Shown here: one piece after another, positions 31,245-45,258 of the stretch
Numbering within the stretch: position 1 is the first letter of the stretch
Layout: every line of letters starts with the position of its first letter
Assembly: GCA_002269645.1 (NCBI GenBank)
Contig: NIVC01000195.1
Location: 248,001 to 312,000, forward strand
Direction: 5' to 3'
DNA length: 64,000 nucleotides
From: Macrostomum lignano
Lineage: Eukaryota
Notes under the pieces: generated by a model
Databases searched by the model: none
Seen by the model: only the letters and a program-made list of their open reading frames with translations
Told to the model about the DNA's origin: nothing
Translations under genes and position numbers: made by a program

Positions 31245-34200
31245 GGCAGACAGGCAGACAGACAGGCAGACAGGCAGACAGACAGACAGACAGACAGACA
31301 GACTTCCAGACAGACAGGCAGACAGACAGACAGACAGACATACAGACAGACAGACATCCAGACAGACAGGCAGACAGACAGAAAGGCAGACAGAATAGGG
31401 AAATTGGCCTGGTAGGAACTCATCGGACTGTGAAGGCCAACCCACTAAGCCCAGCCTGTACATGCCTAGCCAGGGCCTCTGCACACCCCGTATGCGGTAT
31501 GCGTGTGCCTGCTGTGGCAGGGAAAATGGCCTAAACGCTAACGGCAGCCCCGCAAAGCAGAGAAGCAGACTCACTTATCCAGCTGCGTCCACAGCCGGTG
31601 CCAGGCGGGCTCAATGACCTCAAATGTCATGTAGTACTCCAGGTGCTGCACAAAGGTGAGCATCTGCTGGCGAAGCGCGTAGGCGGAGGTGACGCTGGCC
31701 CGGTTGCGGTGCTGCTGCAGCCACACGGAGCCCAGCAGGCGCTCCACGTGCCGGCAGTAGAAGAGGTGGCGGAACAGCATCTGGTAGCGCGTGATGGCCC
31801 GCCTGTTAATGAGGAGGCTGAGCGGGAAGTCGACCTCAATGTCCAAGCTGAAGGCTTCAAGGGCGGTGAGCCGAGCAGCGGCGGTGGCATCGGGGGCGGC
31901 CTCTCGCAGGCTGACCAGCGCCAGCATCTGGCCGATGAGGTCGTGGGGCAGCAGCGCCACCCGCAGGCGGTCCCGGTTGGGATCGGGACCGGCAGCGCTG
32001 GTCCGCACCGCTGTCTCCAGCAGCGACTCCAGCCGGTTGAGGGAGACCCGGCCGGCCTCGCGGCGCATCTCGGAGTCAGCGAGGTCCATGAAGTGCACAA
32101 GGAAGTCGCTCTGGTCCAGCAGGAAGAACCGCTTCAACGAGCACAGAAGGTCGCGCAGGCCCTTCTCACGCAGCAGCCGCATGAGCAGGGCGGCGGCCTT
32201 GGCGTGGGCGCTCTCCAGCTGCTCAACGTAGCGCCCGCCCTCGTAGGCGTAGACCAGCTCCTCGGCCGGATAGTCCAGCAGCGCCTCGCCGCACTGCGCC
32301 ACCACGTTGAGGTATTTTCCCGTGCTCAGCACCTTCTCCGCCATCGGCCACAGGAAGCTGGGCACCCGCTGGCTGCACAGCTGGTAGCGATTCTCCCAGT
32401 AGTCGCTGTGGAATGTGTTCGGGGGGTGTCTGCTTGCCAGCCTGGGTTCAGGACGCGAACTACTGGTAGCGAAATACTACTCGGTTTTAGCGTAAATGAT
32501 TGGCCCTCGCTACTTGTGTAGGCAGTATGTTATGCATTCTACTGTCATTTCTACTGCTTGGACGCTGTCTCTGCCTTAGTGTCTGCCTGTCTGTCTTAGT
32601 GCTTACAGGTCTGTCTGTCTGTCTGTCTGTCCGAGATGGACAGTCACAATAAGATAGACAGTGCTTAGTCTGCATGCCTGCCTGTCTCAAGGCTCGTTCA
32701 CACAGCCATAGAACAGCGCGATTCGCTTGATCACACAGGTTTCGTACTGTACAAATCTGTACATCAAATACTGGCTTCGTGCATAAGCTGTGTGATTCGA
32801 TGACCGCGTGAGCGAGTCTTCAGCAGCCACCAGCTACCAGCAGCCCGGCTGAAGATGCTGACACATGATACCTAATGCTTCAGCAAGTCAAAACAATCCA
32901 GTCGAGCACGCACTTGATGTACTCTCTGGTGAGCACCTCCTTAGACGTGGCGGTGTTCTCGGTGACCATGAACTCGGAGTAGGGGTCGAGCACGCGGCCC
33001 CGGTAGACCCAGGTCTGCAGCATGTCGAAGAAGGGCCGACTGGCCGCCTTTGTCAGGTGCAGCAGCAGGCGGTGCCGCTTCGGGTCGCCAGCCGAGGCGC
33101 AGGCTTTGTCGTGCAGCAGCGAGAGCACGGAACCGCCCAGGCACTCTCCCTGGTTGACGTCGTGTGCGATCTCGGCCAGAGTCTCCAGTACGCGGGCCGG
33201 CTCCTGCAGGCAGCAGTGCAGCCGGTGCAGCCGCAGCTGCCCGATCCGCTGCTGGTGCTCCAGCTGGCAGACAAGGACGCCGAGATCCCTGCAGGGAGGT
33301 GGCATGGACAGGTTAGTGGAGCCCTTTGTTTAGCAATCTGAGGCTGTGAATGCTCTCAAGATTGGAGCCCTAAGAATCTCCTCTTTTTACATTGCAATTC
33401 CCAAATCTCCCCTGAGATGGAGCCCCCAAATCTCCGCTGAGATGGAATCCCCAAATCTCCCTATGAGATATAATCCCCAAATCTCCCCCGAGATAGAATC
33501 CCCAAATCTGGCCTGAAATAGAACCCCAAAATTTCCCCTGAGATAGAATTTCCTAATCTCCCCGAGATAGAATCCAAATCTCCCCAGAGATGAAATCCAA
33601 AATCTCCCCTCGTCCCCTGAGATAGAATCCCTAAATCTCACCAAAGATGGAATACCAAAATCTCCCATGAGATTGAATTCCCAAACCTGCCCTCTTCCCT
33701 TGAGATAGAATCTCCAAATCTCCCCGAAGATAGAATCCCAAAATCCTCCCTAAGAAAGAATCCCTAGTCTTCCATGAGATTTAATTCCCAAATCTCCTCT
33801 CGTCCCCTGAGATAGAATCCCTAAATCTCCCAGGAGATGGAATCTCCAAATCTCCCCTGAGATAGAATCTCCAAATCTCCCCTGAGATGGAATCCACAAA
33901 TCTCCTATTAGATGGAAATCCCAAAATGTGCCACTCGATAGACATCACAAATTTTCCATTTCCAGCCCAAATTGGCACACGGACCCGCACCAGCCTCACC
34001 TGAGCAGGGCAGTGATGGAGCCGCTGAGGGCCTGGTTCACCATGCCGTACTCATAGGCAGCTTTGTCCTCGGCGAAGCGGGTCACATCGGAGCGGTGGCT
34101 GCAGACGGGCAGCAGCTGGCCGAGCATCTCCAGCCGGGTGGCGTCCAGGCTGTTGTCGACATCGAAGCCGCGCCTGTCGGCCCGAGAGGCGAGCGGACGA

Positions 34201-36168
34201 GGCACAACGAAGGAGCCCTGGATGAGGAGGGGTGGCGGCGTTCAGCTTGCAGCTCGCGAAACACAGGACTTTCACGCCTTCGTTAATTGAACTCTGATTG
34301 CTTGGACAGCAGTTCTACTCCAGACCGGCCAGACCCTAGGCCTAGAACTTCATGGCTGCTTGGACAGCAGTCCCCCTCCAGACCCTAGGCCTAGAACTCC
34401 ATGGCTGCTTGGACAGCAGTCCCCCTCCAGATCCTAGGCCTAGAACTCCATGGCTGCTTGGACAGCAGTCCCCCTCCAGACCCTAGGCCTAGAACTCCAT
34501 GGCTGCTTGGACAGCAGTCCCCCTCCAGATCCTAGGCTTGGAACTCCATGGCTCAGACCAGACCAGCCCAGCTACCTCAACTCCGCTAAGCAGGGAGAGC
34601 ACGTCCTGAATGATCAGCTGCTCCTGCGCCTCGACCGGGTAGACCCCGATGCTGGGAGTCAGGCGGCGCGGCGGATCGTCCAGGACAAAGTCGCTGGACA
34701 AGAACGGCCGCTCGTAGAGCCAGTCCGGCTGCCACGGCACTTCGGCGGGCTCTGAGGCCGGCGTCTTCTGGCGCAACGGGCCGGCCACTGACGAAGGCAG
34801 CGAAGAGTCCGTCGGCCGCTGACGCGCTTCGGCGTTCATGTGGGAGGACAGCGCCGCCACGTTCAGCCGGGATGTGGAGCCGGCTGGCGCGCCGACGGCT
34901 GTCTGGGGGCGCCTTGGCTGCGCGGCAGCGCTGCCAGCGGAAGTCGGCAGCTGAACGGGACCGGCGATGGCCTCCAAAGTGCGCTGAGTGGCCGGGTCGC
35001 GCTTGATGCGGGACAGCAAATCTACGAACGGGTCCAGCTCCTTCACGCTGGGGAGGCGGGGAGCGGGAGGCGCAGCTTGCAGAAACAAGAGAGTCGGCAA
35101 GGTGCAACTGACCGTACGGGCAATTGCGCTTCAACCCGACTCTTGGACTGCCGTGGCTAGTTTCACAATCTTGGGACTCTGATAGCAGGAGACCCCGACT
35201 GAGGGTCTGGGAGTAACTGGTATGGGGGAGGCTTTGGGCACTCGTAGAAGCAAACAGTCCTTGCCCATTTCACTGATTCCTAAACACGCACAAGGATGCG
35301 TACGCACATATGCACTCGAACAGGGTGTACAGATTAACGTCAGCAACTGAGGATCTGGGACTCTGGCAGGGATGGCGGTGGCCCCAGCAACTGAGGATCT
35401 GGGACTCTGGGAGGGATGGCGGTGGCCCCAGCAACTGAGGATCTGGGACTCTGGCAGGGATGGCGGTGGCCCCAGCAACTGAGGATCTGGGACTCTGGCA
35501 GGGATGGCGGTGGCCCCAGCAACTGAGGATCTGGGACTCTGGCAGGAATGGCGGTGGCCCCAGCAACTGAGGATCTGGGACTCTGGCAGGAATGGCGGTG
35601 GCCCCAGCAACTGAGGATCTGGGACTCTGGCAGGGATGGCGGTGGCCCCAGCAGCTGAGGATCTGGGACTCTGGGAGGGATGGCGGTGGCCCCAGCAGCT
35701 GAGGATCTGGGAGGTTGGTGGTGGTCCAGTCTAACGATCTGGGCGAGCAGGCACCAGCAGAGCAGCACCAGCTTACTTTTTAATCTTAAGCTCCTCATAT
35801 TTGCGGTTGAACTCCTCGGCATGCGGGTTGTTGTCGCTGATGATCCGCTTGGCCCGGTGAGCGTCGGCCTGGAAGATTTCCTGGTTGTCAGGATTCGAAC
35901 TCGAGACCTCATCAAATTCAGAACTCTCTAAGACTCACCAACAGCGATTGCGTGTTGGGGCGGACGGAGCGCTCCAGCAGGTCAATGTAGGTGTCCAGTT
36001 CCACACTGGGCTTGTCCGCGCCCAGTCTGCAATGCAAGCACGGGGGTTGCATCAGGTACTACTTGATCTAAAATAGAGCAGCCAGCACTGATAGCGAACT
36101 TACATTTGTGAGAAGAGGCTGCTCACGTGATGAGTTAGCTGCACTCTGGCATGGTTGATGTCCGCCAT
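30193..36168 (-). CDS. TUBGCP2: Gamma-tubulin complex component 2 (GCP2/Spc97), 827 aa
   Basis: Eight exons (minus): 36168-36104, 36026-35939, 35880-35777, 35047-34576, 34217-34000, 33288-32914, 32405-31575, 30523-30193; 2484 nt; all junctions in frame. Recognised segments: YIDLL, KYEELK, LDPFVDLLS, WLYERPFLS, EYGMVNQAL, SRPFFDMLQTWVYRGRVLDPYSEFMV, DYWENRY, PSFL..AEKVLSTGKYLNVV, FFLLDQSDFLVHFMD, YQMLFRHLFYCRHVERLL, LIYRLNYNYFY. Confidence 0.92.
30798..31392. repeat. (CAGA)n/(CAGG)n compound microsatellite
   Basis: In the last GCP2 intron. Confidence 0.9.
33400..33910. repeat. Degenerate ~25-bp minisatellite (CCCTGAGATAGAATCCCCAAATCTC)
   Basis: In GCP2 intron 5. Confidence 0.75.
34329..34555. 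repeat. 49-bp minisatellite, ~4.5 copies
   Basis: Unit CCAGACCCTAGGCCTAGAACTCCATGGCTGCTTGGACAGCAGTCCCCCT, in GCP2 intron 4. Confidence 0.85.
35341..35712. repeat. 44-bp minisatellite, ~8 copies
   Basis: Unit CTGAGGATCTGGGACTCTGGCAGGGATGGCGGTGGCCCCAGCAA, in GCP2 intron 3. Confidence 0.9.
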
Positions 36169-38189
36169 TTGTTGGCTGAAATACAGACCAAAGTCCTTAG
36201 ACTTGACCATTGTGAGCTCATTGCAAGCAAAAATTATATACTGGCTTTAACTTGTGATATGAAGTATGAAAATATGAAATATTTAACTTAGCTAGTCTGT
36301 TGTCATTTATTTGGAATTTTAAAGAGACAGTGCATGCAAAAATCTGACTTGAGGAAATTCAATGGCTATACAGTTGATTTTACATATTTAATTACAGACT
36401 ACATATTCAGAAATGTAACTTTGCTAAAATTTTTATTATAATTTATTAATTATTATAATTTTCATTATAAATGGCCCTAAATTTTGAAATTATAACAGCA
36501 ATTGTCTGTACAGAATGTCATATTTCCAATAATTTATCCATGTTTACTAATTTTCTTCTTTCAGTTTCAGTTTTTTTGACAGCTTTGTGGTAAACAAGTA
36601 CAAAAGTCAGTGTCCAACATTCTTTATTGTCTTATGGACAATACTATGACACAAAAATTCAGTCTGCGTGGAGCATCAAAGCACAGCTTTGAGTCTACAG
36701 GACTGTTACCATTCATCAAAAGTAAGCAATACTGATTGTAGGCAATTTTTTGGCAATTGGTTGTAGGCTTGTCTTTTTCTATTGTTTTCATAGCCTTTCA
36801 AGATTAATCTATTTTGCAGATTTTCTCTGAATTTTCACAGATGTTGGGTGGAGCTGCCACAAAGATGCTAAAAATGAAGCCATCGAGTTGGCCATTTCTG
36901 CTCACCTCCACCAGGTGGTGACTTGAAAATGCTGCCAGAAGAAAATGATCTTGGTGGCCCAGCATTGTGCCTTTTGTGGAGAAGTTGACAGCGACGATAA
37001 CAAAGAGGTAGATGAGGAAGATGAGCCTAACAAAGAATAGATCGACAACAAGGAAAAAGAGGCCAATGATGAGGAGAGAGGGCTGCTTTGCTTGATAGGA
37101 ACAGTTCTTTCTAGATGATCTGGCAGCTGATGAAGATATGGCCATCATTACTGATGGTACTATTTCTCTATATTCTCTTTGATTTAAAGTTTCTACAAGC
37201 CAATCTTCTAAAACAGTACTGCTTTTATTCATAATGAACTTTTCTTTTACATTTATTTCACAAATACATCTTTGCATTAAAGCATCCTATTTGTCATTTG
37301 TATATCTTCTATATATGTTTTTTGCATAGTCAAATATAATTATTATTGGAATATTCACATTGATGTGGTTTTTATAAAAATTTTACTTTTTTATTACCAG
37401 GTTGCACCAAATGGCTATAGCAGTGAACATTACTAAATAAGTAGAGTATATATACCCCATGCTACAAAGGTTGCACAAATGTTGCTATCTAGTTGATTTT
37501 GCAATGTTGCATATTAACATTCCTGCAATATTCCTAAGCATAACAAATGAAACATTTCATCAACATCTACTTGTTGTCATCAACATTCCTGCAACAGTGC
37601 TGCAACAAACTTGGCACTAGGGGATATAGGCCTACCTCATTATAATATATACATCCCTATTGCAATGCATAGGCATTTTGGCAAATAGTGTCTAGCACAA
37701 GATGGCAAAGCAGCAAGAGGTGGTAAAAGGTACAGCATGACATGGCAAAGTGGCAAGAGGTGCAATGTGGCGAGACAAAGTGGCAGGAGGTAGCAAAAGG
37801 TGCAACATGGTGTGGCGGTAACAGTCCACTTCGGTAATAGCCATTTCAGTAATAGCCACTTTGGTAACAAGTGAGAATAATATATAATATATATTAACAA
37901 GCTGTTGAAACCCATGGATTTTGAAACTGGGGAATTCCAATTCCCGGAAATATTTGTGCATATGCTCTGAGATCTAAGGCCATACTCAAACAAAAACTTG
38001 TTAATAGTTAATAGGATAGAGTAAACATAAAATGGAGTACATTTGTGTAAAATTAGGATTTGAGGCAAACATTTGATATTGTTGGCTGGGGTACGTGCTA
38101 CGCAGAATGTCGGACAATGTCTATCTGACTCTAAAACATGTATTGGCAAACTCTGGCCTCTGCCTCTGGCTCTGACTCTCCCTACGTAC

Positions 38190-38491
38190 CTTGGATCGAT
38201 TGCAACTTGTATCTCCTCTTCTGTTTCCTCTCTTCTCTCTCATCCCTCATTTCTCCTTTCTTCTCTTTCTCCTCTCTCCCCCTTATCTCTCGTCTCTTCC
38301 TTCTCTTCTCTACTCTTTCCTCTCTCTCTCTTTCCTCTCATCTCTTTTCTTGTTTTATCTCTCCTCTCTCCCCTCGACTCTCGTCTCTTCCCTCACCTCT
38401 CTTCTCTCTCATCTGCTTTCTCATCTCCCTTTTCTCCCTTTTCTCTTCTTTTATCTTTTATCTTTTATCTCTTCTTGTTTCTCTCTGCTCT

Positions 38492-38544
<53 letters not shown>

Positions 38545-39345
38545 TCTCTCCTCTCCCATCTCTCTTCTCCTCTCTAGTCTCTCCCTCTTCATTCTCCTTT
38601 TTCTTCTTCTCTCTTCTCACTCACTTCTCTCTCCCTGTCTCTCCTCTCTCCTCTAGTCTCTGTAATCTCTTCTCTCTTATCTCTCCTCTGTTCTCTCTAC
38701 TTTCCTATCTCTCGTCTGTTCACCCTCATCTCTGCTCTCTCCTTGCTTTCCTTTCTCGTTTCTCCTCTCCTCTTCTCTTCTCTTTCCTCTTCTATACTCT
38801 CTCTCCTCTCTCCTCTATTATCTTCTCTCGTCTCTCTGCACCCTCCTCTCACCTTTTTAATCTCTCATTTTTACTCTCTTATCTCTCCTTTCATCTGTCT
38901 TATCTCTACAATCTTATCTCTTTCCTCTCTCCTCCTCTTCCCTTTACTCTCTCATCTCTCCTTTCTCCCCTCTTCTTTCACCACTCTCTTATCTCTATCT
39001 CTTCTCTTCTCACTCCTCTCTCCCCCTCTTATCTCCTCTCTTCTTTATCCTTTCTACTCTCTCCTCTCCTCTTGACCCTCTGTCATCTTCTTTCTGCTCT
39101 CTCGTCTCTACTCTCTTTTCAATCTTCTCTACTCTCCTCTCTCATCAATCCTCTGTCTCATCTCTCCCCTCTTCTCACATTTACTCTTTCCTCTCCCTCC
39201 TTTCTCCCCTCCTCTTGCTTCTTCCTCCCTTCTTCTCTGCTCTCTCCTCACCACTTGTCTCTCCTCTTATCTTCTGTTTTCTCTTACCCCTTTCTCGCCT
39301 CTCCTCTCTTCTAATAGTCTATTCCTTTTCCTTTCTACTCTCATC
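38190..39345. repeat. ~1.15-kb CT-rich polypyrimidine/polypurine low-complexity tract
   Basis: Almost entirely C/T on the + strand, including a (CT)n core near 38490-38540. Confidence 0.9.
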
Positions 39346-42242
39346 TGGCCCACACATAAGCTGGATTCTTTATCTGGCTTTTGAAGTAAAAGTCTGCCGA
39401 TCCTTGCTTCAAAAGCCAGTTTGTAGGACGTACTACTCTCATTGTTGTTCTCATGCTTTGATCATGTCATCTTTCTTGCCAATTTGCAGTCCTGAAAGGA
39501 ATTTGTGTATCTTCAGCTCCATTTCAGTCTGCAACAGTCTAACAACCAAGGAAATATTCATTTAGGAGGCCATTTAAATTTAAAAGTACCTTTAAAAGAA
39601 ACTTAAAATTTTCATGGTGTGACTAATTTAGTAGGGTTGTATTGCATTGCATTGCATTGCATCACCTTTTCATAAATCTTTTGCTTTTACAAACCTTGCT
39701 AGATAGTGGATTCCCTTGATTTGCCAATTGCCAATTGCCATCCACTGTTAAACTGCTGCAGAGTTTGCCAATACAGAGGGGAGGGCGGGTAGTAGTTAGA
39801 ATTTTTCGCTAAACTGTCATGGCTAAACGCAGCCTCTCCACTCGTGGGGGTGCAAAGAAGGCTATTAAAAAGTTATTCCAAAACATTGTACATTTGCTAT
39901 GTACATTGAGCCCTATCGCCTGACCCTTCGTATGGGCTAGCGCTAGGGAAGTGAGCAGCCCAAACAACAGAAAAAGCAGACAAACTTCACATGCTTACAG
40001 TTTCTGTCCTGATTGAGATACAGAGTTGAGACTTTACATTTAGACAGAGAATGAGTCAATGAAGAATTGTGTCAAGTTTGAAGTTAATTGCTTTACATGG
40101 AGCAAACTTATGGCAGCCAAAAGTTAGTAGTTGAAAAACCTATTTATACCCTTTGCCCAGATTGGGAAAGAGAGGCAAGTGGATAGAGGTTGGGGTGGCT
40201 GCCTCACTGAAAAAAACAACCTAACTTTAAAAGTGCACAGCGCCATTTAGGATTAACTTTGAGACTTAAAACTTTACACAATTGTGTCAAAATAGTTGAA
40301 GATTGCCTGTGTCAAATTTGAAGAGGATTGGTAGAAGTGAAGTGGCACTATGGAGGATTTAGTGAAAAAATTGCGCATTTTGAGCAGTTTTTTGCACTTT
40401 TAGGTAGGAGACTCAAATTTAGGAAATTTTAAGGTTGCCGTAAGACATTCTCCATAGAGAGTTTAGGGCGGGTGCAAAATTTGGTAGAATTTGGTTGGGC
40501 AACTTGGGAGTCTATAGTGAACAAAATTGTCCACAGACAATTTAATTTCTGGATGAGTCATATACCATGCACCCAAGACATCCTGTAATTGACCAAATAT
40601 TGTATACCGTATATATTAGAATCTCTGATCTAGCTAGCGAATAGTGACTTAGAATTATAGAATCTACTTTTTTCTTTAATAATTATTTAAAGTTTCAATT
40701 TCAATGTGTATATGCAAGCTCAATTGATCAATTTTCTTTGCCTTCAAAATTTCCACAAAGTTAGGCGTACTGCGCAAGTTTTAAACAAATTATAATATAG
40801 TTCAACTAGAAAGTTTAATAGAAAGATACTTGTTCAACTAGAAAGATATTTGAGATGTTAATTATTAGAGTAACTATTGCTAAACTTAATTATCACAAAA
40901 ATAAAGTTGATAGTCGTAAATCTACTTTGTTACAAAAGTGGATTGTATTTGGTGTGGCAAAGTGGCAGGAGGCGTGGTGTGGTATGGCAAAGATTCACAA
41001 TATTTTATACTTTCTGCATTGAATTCAACCAAGAACTTGACTGTTCTTGAATTCCAAGCACATTTTTTAAATTTTGAGAATTTCTCTAAATGACCTAAAA
41101 GGGCCAAGTCTTAAAAAATTAAATTTTTGAAAACAAGATCAAGATCTTAGTTGGACTCTAAAGTCAATTTATAAATATACAAAAAATGAACAATGTTTTA
41201 ACAATAATTGCTTTTAATATATTTCATACCTTCATTAAGGAATTCTTTTATTTTAAAGATATAATTCCCCATTTTTGCATATTTAAGATTTTTATAAAAC
41301 AAATTCAATGCATAGCATTAGCAATAACAATCTAATTTTAAAGCTCTATAAAATTTTCTATTTCTTCAACCCATCTTTATAATTACTATCACTATCAGTT
41401 TATTTATGCATCTTTTTACATACTATATGATATAGCGGAGCATACTACAATTTGCTACAATACATTCTACATGCGCATAGTGTGGCTGTTTTAAAATTAT
41501 GGTAATACGACCATTTAAAACGGATACTAGCTTTCCTTGAAACTTAAGCAATTAAAGCAAACACTCCTTCAGGAGGAAACTCCACTGACAGAATTCCCAT
41601 TCTAAGGAAGAAGCGTTAACTAAGTAGGCTAAATAGGTTTAAGATTTAGGTCGTTTTTTATTTTGAAGAATCGTAGGATTTTGAATAAGGCAGCTTCGCT
41701 GACGGTCCATGTGTCTCGTCCAGTTTTAAAATGCCCCCCCCCCTATCTGGGCCACAACGGCTATTCGACTACTTTAATTATTAGTCCGAAAGCACAGTAT
41801 AATCCTTAATTGAGTTTTCTACAAAGTTTCTAACCTTTTGCATGAGCAACTACAATTGTATTTCAGTTGTCAAATGGCAAAATTTATGTCATAGTCAATT
41901 TAATGTCAGAGAAACAGTCACTTAAGCTTAAAAGATCGGTTGGCGCACTCTTACTACATTGTACAGCAGCCACAACTGATGAGCTGATGTTTCTGAGTAG
42001 CCAAGTTGTTTCCTTCAATTGCGTGCTCGAATTGGATTGAACTTTCAAACTGATGAGATGGGTCGGAATTAATCTGGAGGATTGAAACTATAGAGGAAAA
42101 AGGCATGCAAGTATTAGGAAAAATGAGGAAGAGTACGATGTATCATGTGTAAAGAGTAGAGTAGTTAGGTTAACCCTCTCGATCTCGACTGAAAAATCTA
42201 CCTGCAGATGTACTAGTATTTCGATCAGCTGAAAAACAATGT

Positions 42243-44670
42243 TCAACAACAACAAAATACGCGACCCCGCATGCACAGTCACAGTTAGGGCAGGACGCGT
42301 CAGATGGCGCGCCGCAGATCCTGGGAGCGAACAAAGTCCGCTCCGTTGGCAGTGTCGGGCGCCCCAGCGTCGCACAGCAGGCAGTCCACGTATCGACGGG
42401 TTCGGGCCTGACCCCGCCTGAACGGACCCTGCAACGTGAGCAGCAGGGTGTCATGAACAGATGGGCGCAGTAGCCTTCGGCCCGGATCACGTGGCCCTTC
42501 AGTTGAAGTCGCCGCCGGCGCAGGATGATGGACGGGCGCTGCAGCTTGGCCCGATCGTACAGGGCCTCGGTCCCGACGCTCTTGTCAGCTCGAAAGGCCG
42601 CACGGAGCAGCCCTGAGTGCGCCGAGTCCAGCTGCCGCTCTAGCGTATCCGTCAGCGTCCACGTCTCGGCGTTGTATAGCACTATAGCAGGACGGTTTCG
42701 ACCACCGCCTGCTACAGTCGAGCCCTCTGGCGGTCGGGCAGCGCTTCGGACTGGAAGACGGCTCGGATCGAACGAAAGGCCGGTAAGGCAAGTCCTCTGC
42801 GCCGCCAGAAATCCTCTTCCACGTGGGGCACCAGACCGCCGAGGTAGGTGAATCGCTGGCAGCGTGCGAGCCTGGTCGTCTGCCGTCTGCGCCACGGCAC
42901 GTCAGGTCCGCTGGGATGTCAGCCGGCACAGTCAGCACCTCGGTCTTCAGCGTGTTGACGATCAGACCGACGCTCGATGCCACCTCGACCAACCTGTCGA
43001 TCTGGCGCTTGGCGCCTTTAACGGACGAGGGCAGGAGGGCGAGGTCGTCGGCGTAGCCAAGTACGCTCAGGCGCTTTTTGCCATTGCGGCGACAGATGCG
43101 TCTGCGCAGCAGGAAGCCGTTATTACCCGAGGGGAGTTCGGTCCGAAGCACCCAGTCCAGCAGCAGCACGAAGAGGAACGGCGCCAGAGTGTCGCCCTGC
43201 AGAACTCTTGATGAAGTATCGAACAGGTCAGACAGGCTGTCCGCCGTCACCACAGCAGCTCGCAATACTCGCACCATATAGCTCGCACCACATCGCAATA
43301 CAGCGCCATGACAGCGTCGATTAGCTGCTGGGGTATCCGGTAGGCTCGAAGGACAAAGAGAAGCGCGGCTCTCAACACCGAGTCAAAGCGTAGACTGGCG
43401 AATGCGGGCCTCCTCGATGACACGGTGGAGTGCGAGGATTTGTGTCACTGTACCGCGTTGCGGCCGGAATCCGTTCTGCTCGTACCGCAGGTACGGATCT
43501 AGCACCGACTGCAGACGATCGAGCAGCAGCCGGTTGAAGAGCTTCGCGGTGCAGGACATCAGCGAGATCCCGCGGGGTCTTCTTTCTGCGTTGTCCCTGC
43601 CTTCTTCGGGATCGGCATGATGTGCGCGACGGTCCACTCGATAGGCGCTGCGCCGGCGAGCACGCGGTTCATGACGCCTGTGACCTGGGAGGCCACACAG
43701 CGGAGCCGCAGCGCTTCGACCGCCCCTTCGTCGGGGCCGAGCGCCTTGCCGCCTGATGTTTTTCGAGCGTACTGCACAGCATCCTCCGTGGTGACTGGTC
43801 TGGTGCAGAAGTCCTCTTCAGCTGGGAGCAGCGTGTCCAGTCGGAGCGCAGGTTCAGCGCCACGCGCTTTTTGCGCCCCGTCAGAGTCCAGACGGCCGTC
43901 CACACTGCGCGGCTCTTCACGTCGGGGCCGGCTGCAGTGATGGACCTAATGGCGTCGTCGAAAGCGGCCTGCTGCCGCTCGTCAAGAAGGCGCTCAAATG
44001 AGTCTTCAGCGTCGCCTGTGGGCCTAGATGTTGAGCCGCGCCTGCCTGATGATGGGATCGCTCTGCCAGACAGGCAGCGATTTCTGCGCTGGCCGCATCA
44101 GCGGGACCGTCTGCTCTGCAGCGGCTCTAACGGCGGTGCTGATGTCGGAATACTTCGCCTCGCGCTGGTCTCCAAGCGCGCCGACGAAGGCACCCGCGAA
44201 TTGACACTTCACGCGGGTGTCCAACAGTGCGCGATAGTAGCGCCGTGGCCGCTGCTTTGGCGGTCGGTAGAGCTGGTCGCGGAGCCGCAAGATCAGGAGT
44301 CGGTGGTCTGACCGGAGAGCCAGCGGAGCCATGGTGTCGCAGTTGGTGACGCGGCGGCAGCGCTCGCGAGTGCGAACCAGCGCATGATCGAGTTGCGCCA
44401 GTCTCCTCGTGGCATTCCGCCCGCGTGCGTTCCGCCGCCTTCTCTTGCAGCCCGCAAAGGTGAACAGGCGGGCAGGGGGTTTGCGAAACTGGGTGTTTGC
44501 GGACACCAGATCCAGCCGGTCAAGCAGGTCCTCCAGTGCATCGGTGTTGGCGTTTTCGCGTCCCGCGACAAAGGGCGAGCGCTCGGACCTCCGCGGGACT
44601 GCGTTCAGGTCTCCGAGCACTGCCAGCGTGTCGCGGTTTGGCACCTCTTCCAGCTGCCCAGCCAGCTGGT
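42243..44670 (-). mobile_element. 5'-truncated, frameshifted RTE-like non-LTR retrotransposon
   Basis: Partial APE (LGDLNA, LDHALV, SDHRLL); RT segments RGISLMSCTAKLFNRLL, EQNGFR, LQGDTLAPFLF, GYADDLALL, FTYLGG; C-terminal RRLQLKGHVIR; 3' (TTG)n tail at ~42243-42253. Pieces fall in several frames and the DFxKAFD motif is missing; no TSD was found. Confidence 0.85.
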
Positions 44671-44779
44671 AGTTAAAAGAAGCTGCAACGTTTGTACAAT
44701 TTTTTTTCAGGCAAAAAATGCCTCCCCTCCTCTTCAGGGGACCCCTCACTAAAATAGCTTTGCGAAAAAATCAGCATTG

Positions 44780-45258
44780 CAATTGTAGGTCTTGGAGGAG
44801 GCCGTCGTGCATCTCCGCACGGACTGCCATCGGCGGCAGCCCAGCCTCGCGCTCCAGCACCTCCGACCTGGTTTTCCGCGGCGCTGGGTCCGGTCCAGGT
44901 GGTCGATAGCCGTCTTGCAGGCCGTCGGCATTCAAGCGCCGGCAGGCGAGGTTCCGCCGATGGCAGTCCGTGCGGAGATGCACGCCGGCCTCCTCCACGA
45001 GCGCGCCCTCAGGCTGCCGCCCAACAACCCGCTGCGCCTGCGCGGCCAGCGTCGGCCCGCGCCGCCGCCTCTAAAGCATCCGCGGCTGGCGCGAGACGGT
45101 GGCCAGCGTCTGAAGGGCTGCAGGCCTAGGCGGCAGCGTACTCCAGCACCGGCCGCACGTAGGCCGTGTAGAGCTGGCGCACGTCACTCTGCTTGGCGCC
45201 CCAGTTGCTGCCAGACAGCGCCGCCAGATCGCCGCAGCGAGCGCGGGCGGCACACAAG
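44780..45258 (-). mobile_element. Fragment of a second non-LTR retrotransposon (post-RT region, I/Ingi/R1-like)
   Basis: LAALSGSNWGAKQSDVRQLYTAYVRPVLEYAA and EVLEREAGLPPMAVR motifs; the CCGATGGCAGTCCGTGCGGAGATGCACG segment occurs twice (once inverted, ~44805-44830, and ~44955-44985). Confidence 0.55.

Noticed and set aside
36840-37260. Asp/Glu-rich degenerate coding-like stretch with a GH motif (possible USP or transposase relic)
   Set aside because: Multiple stops and no motif I can assign confidently.
38073-39314. 413-aa Leu/Ser/Phe ORF
   Set aside because: An artefact of the CT-rich tract.
41975-42070. Two CTGATGAG motifs as hammerhead ribozymes
   Set aside because: No stem II or GAAA partner could be formed.
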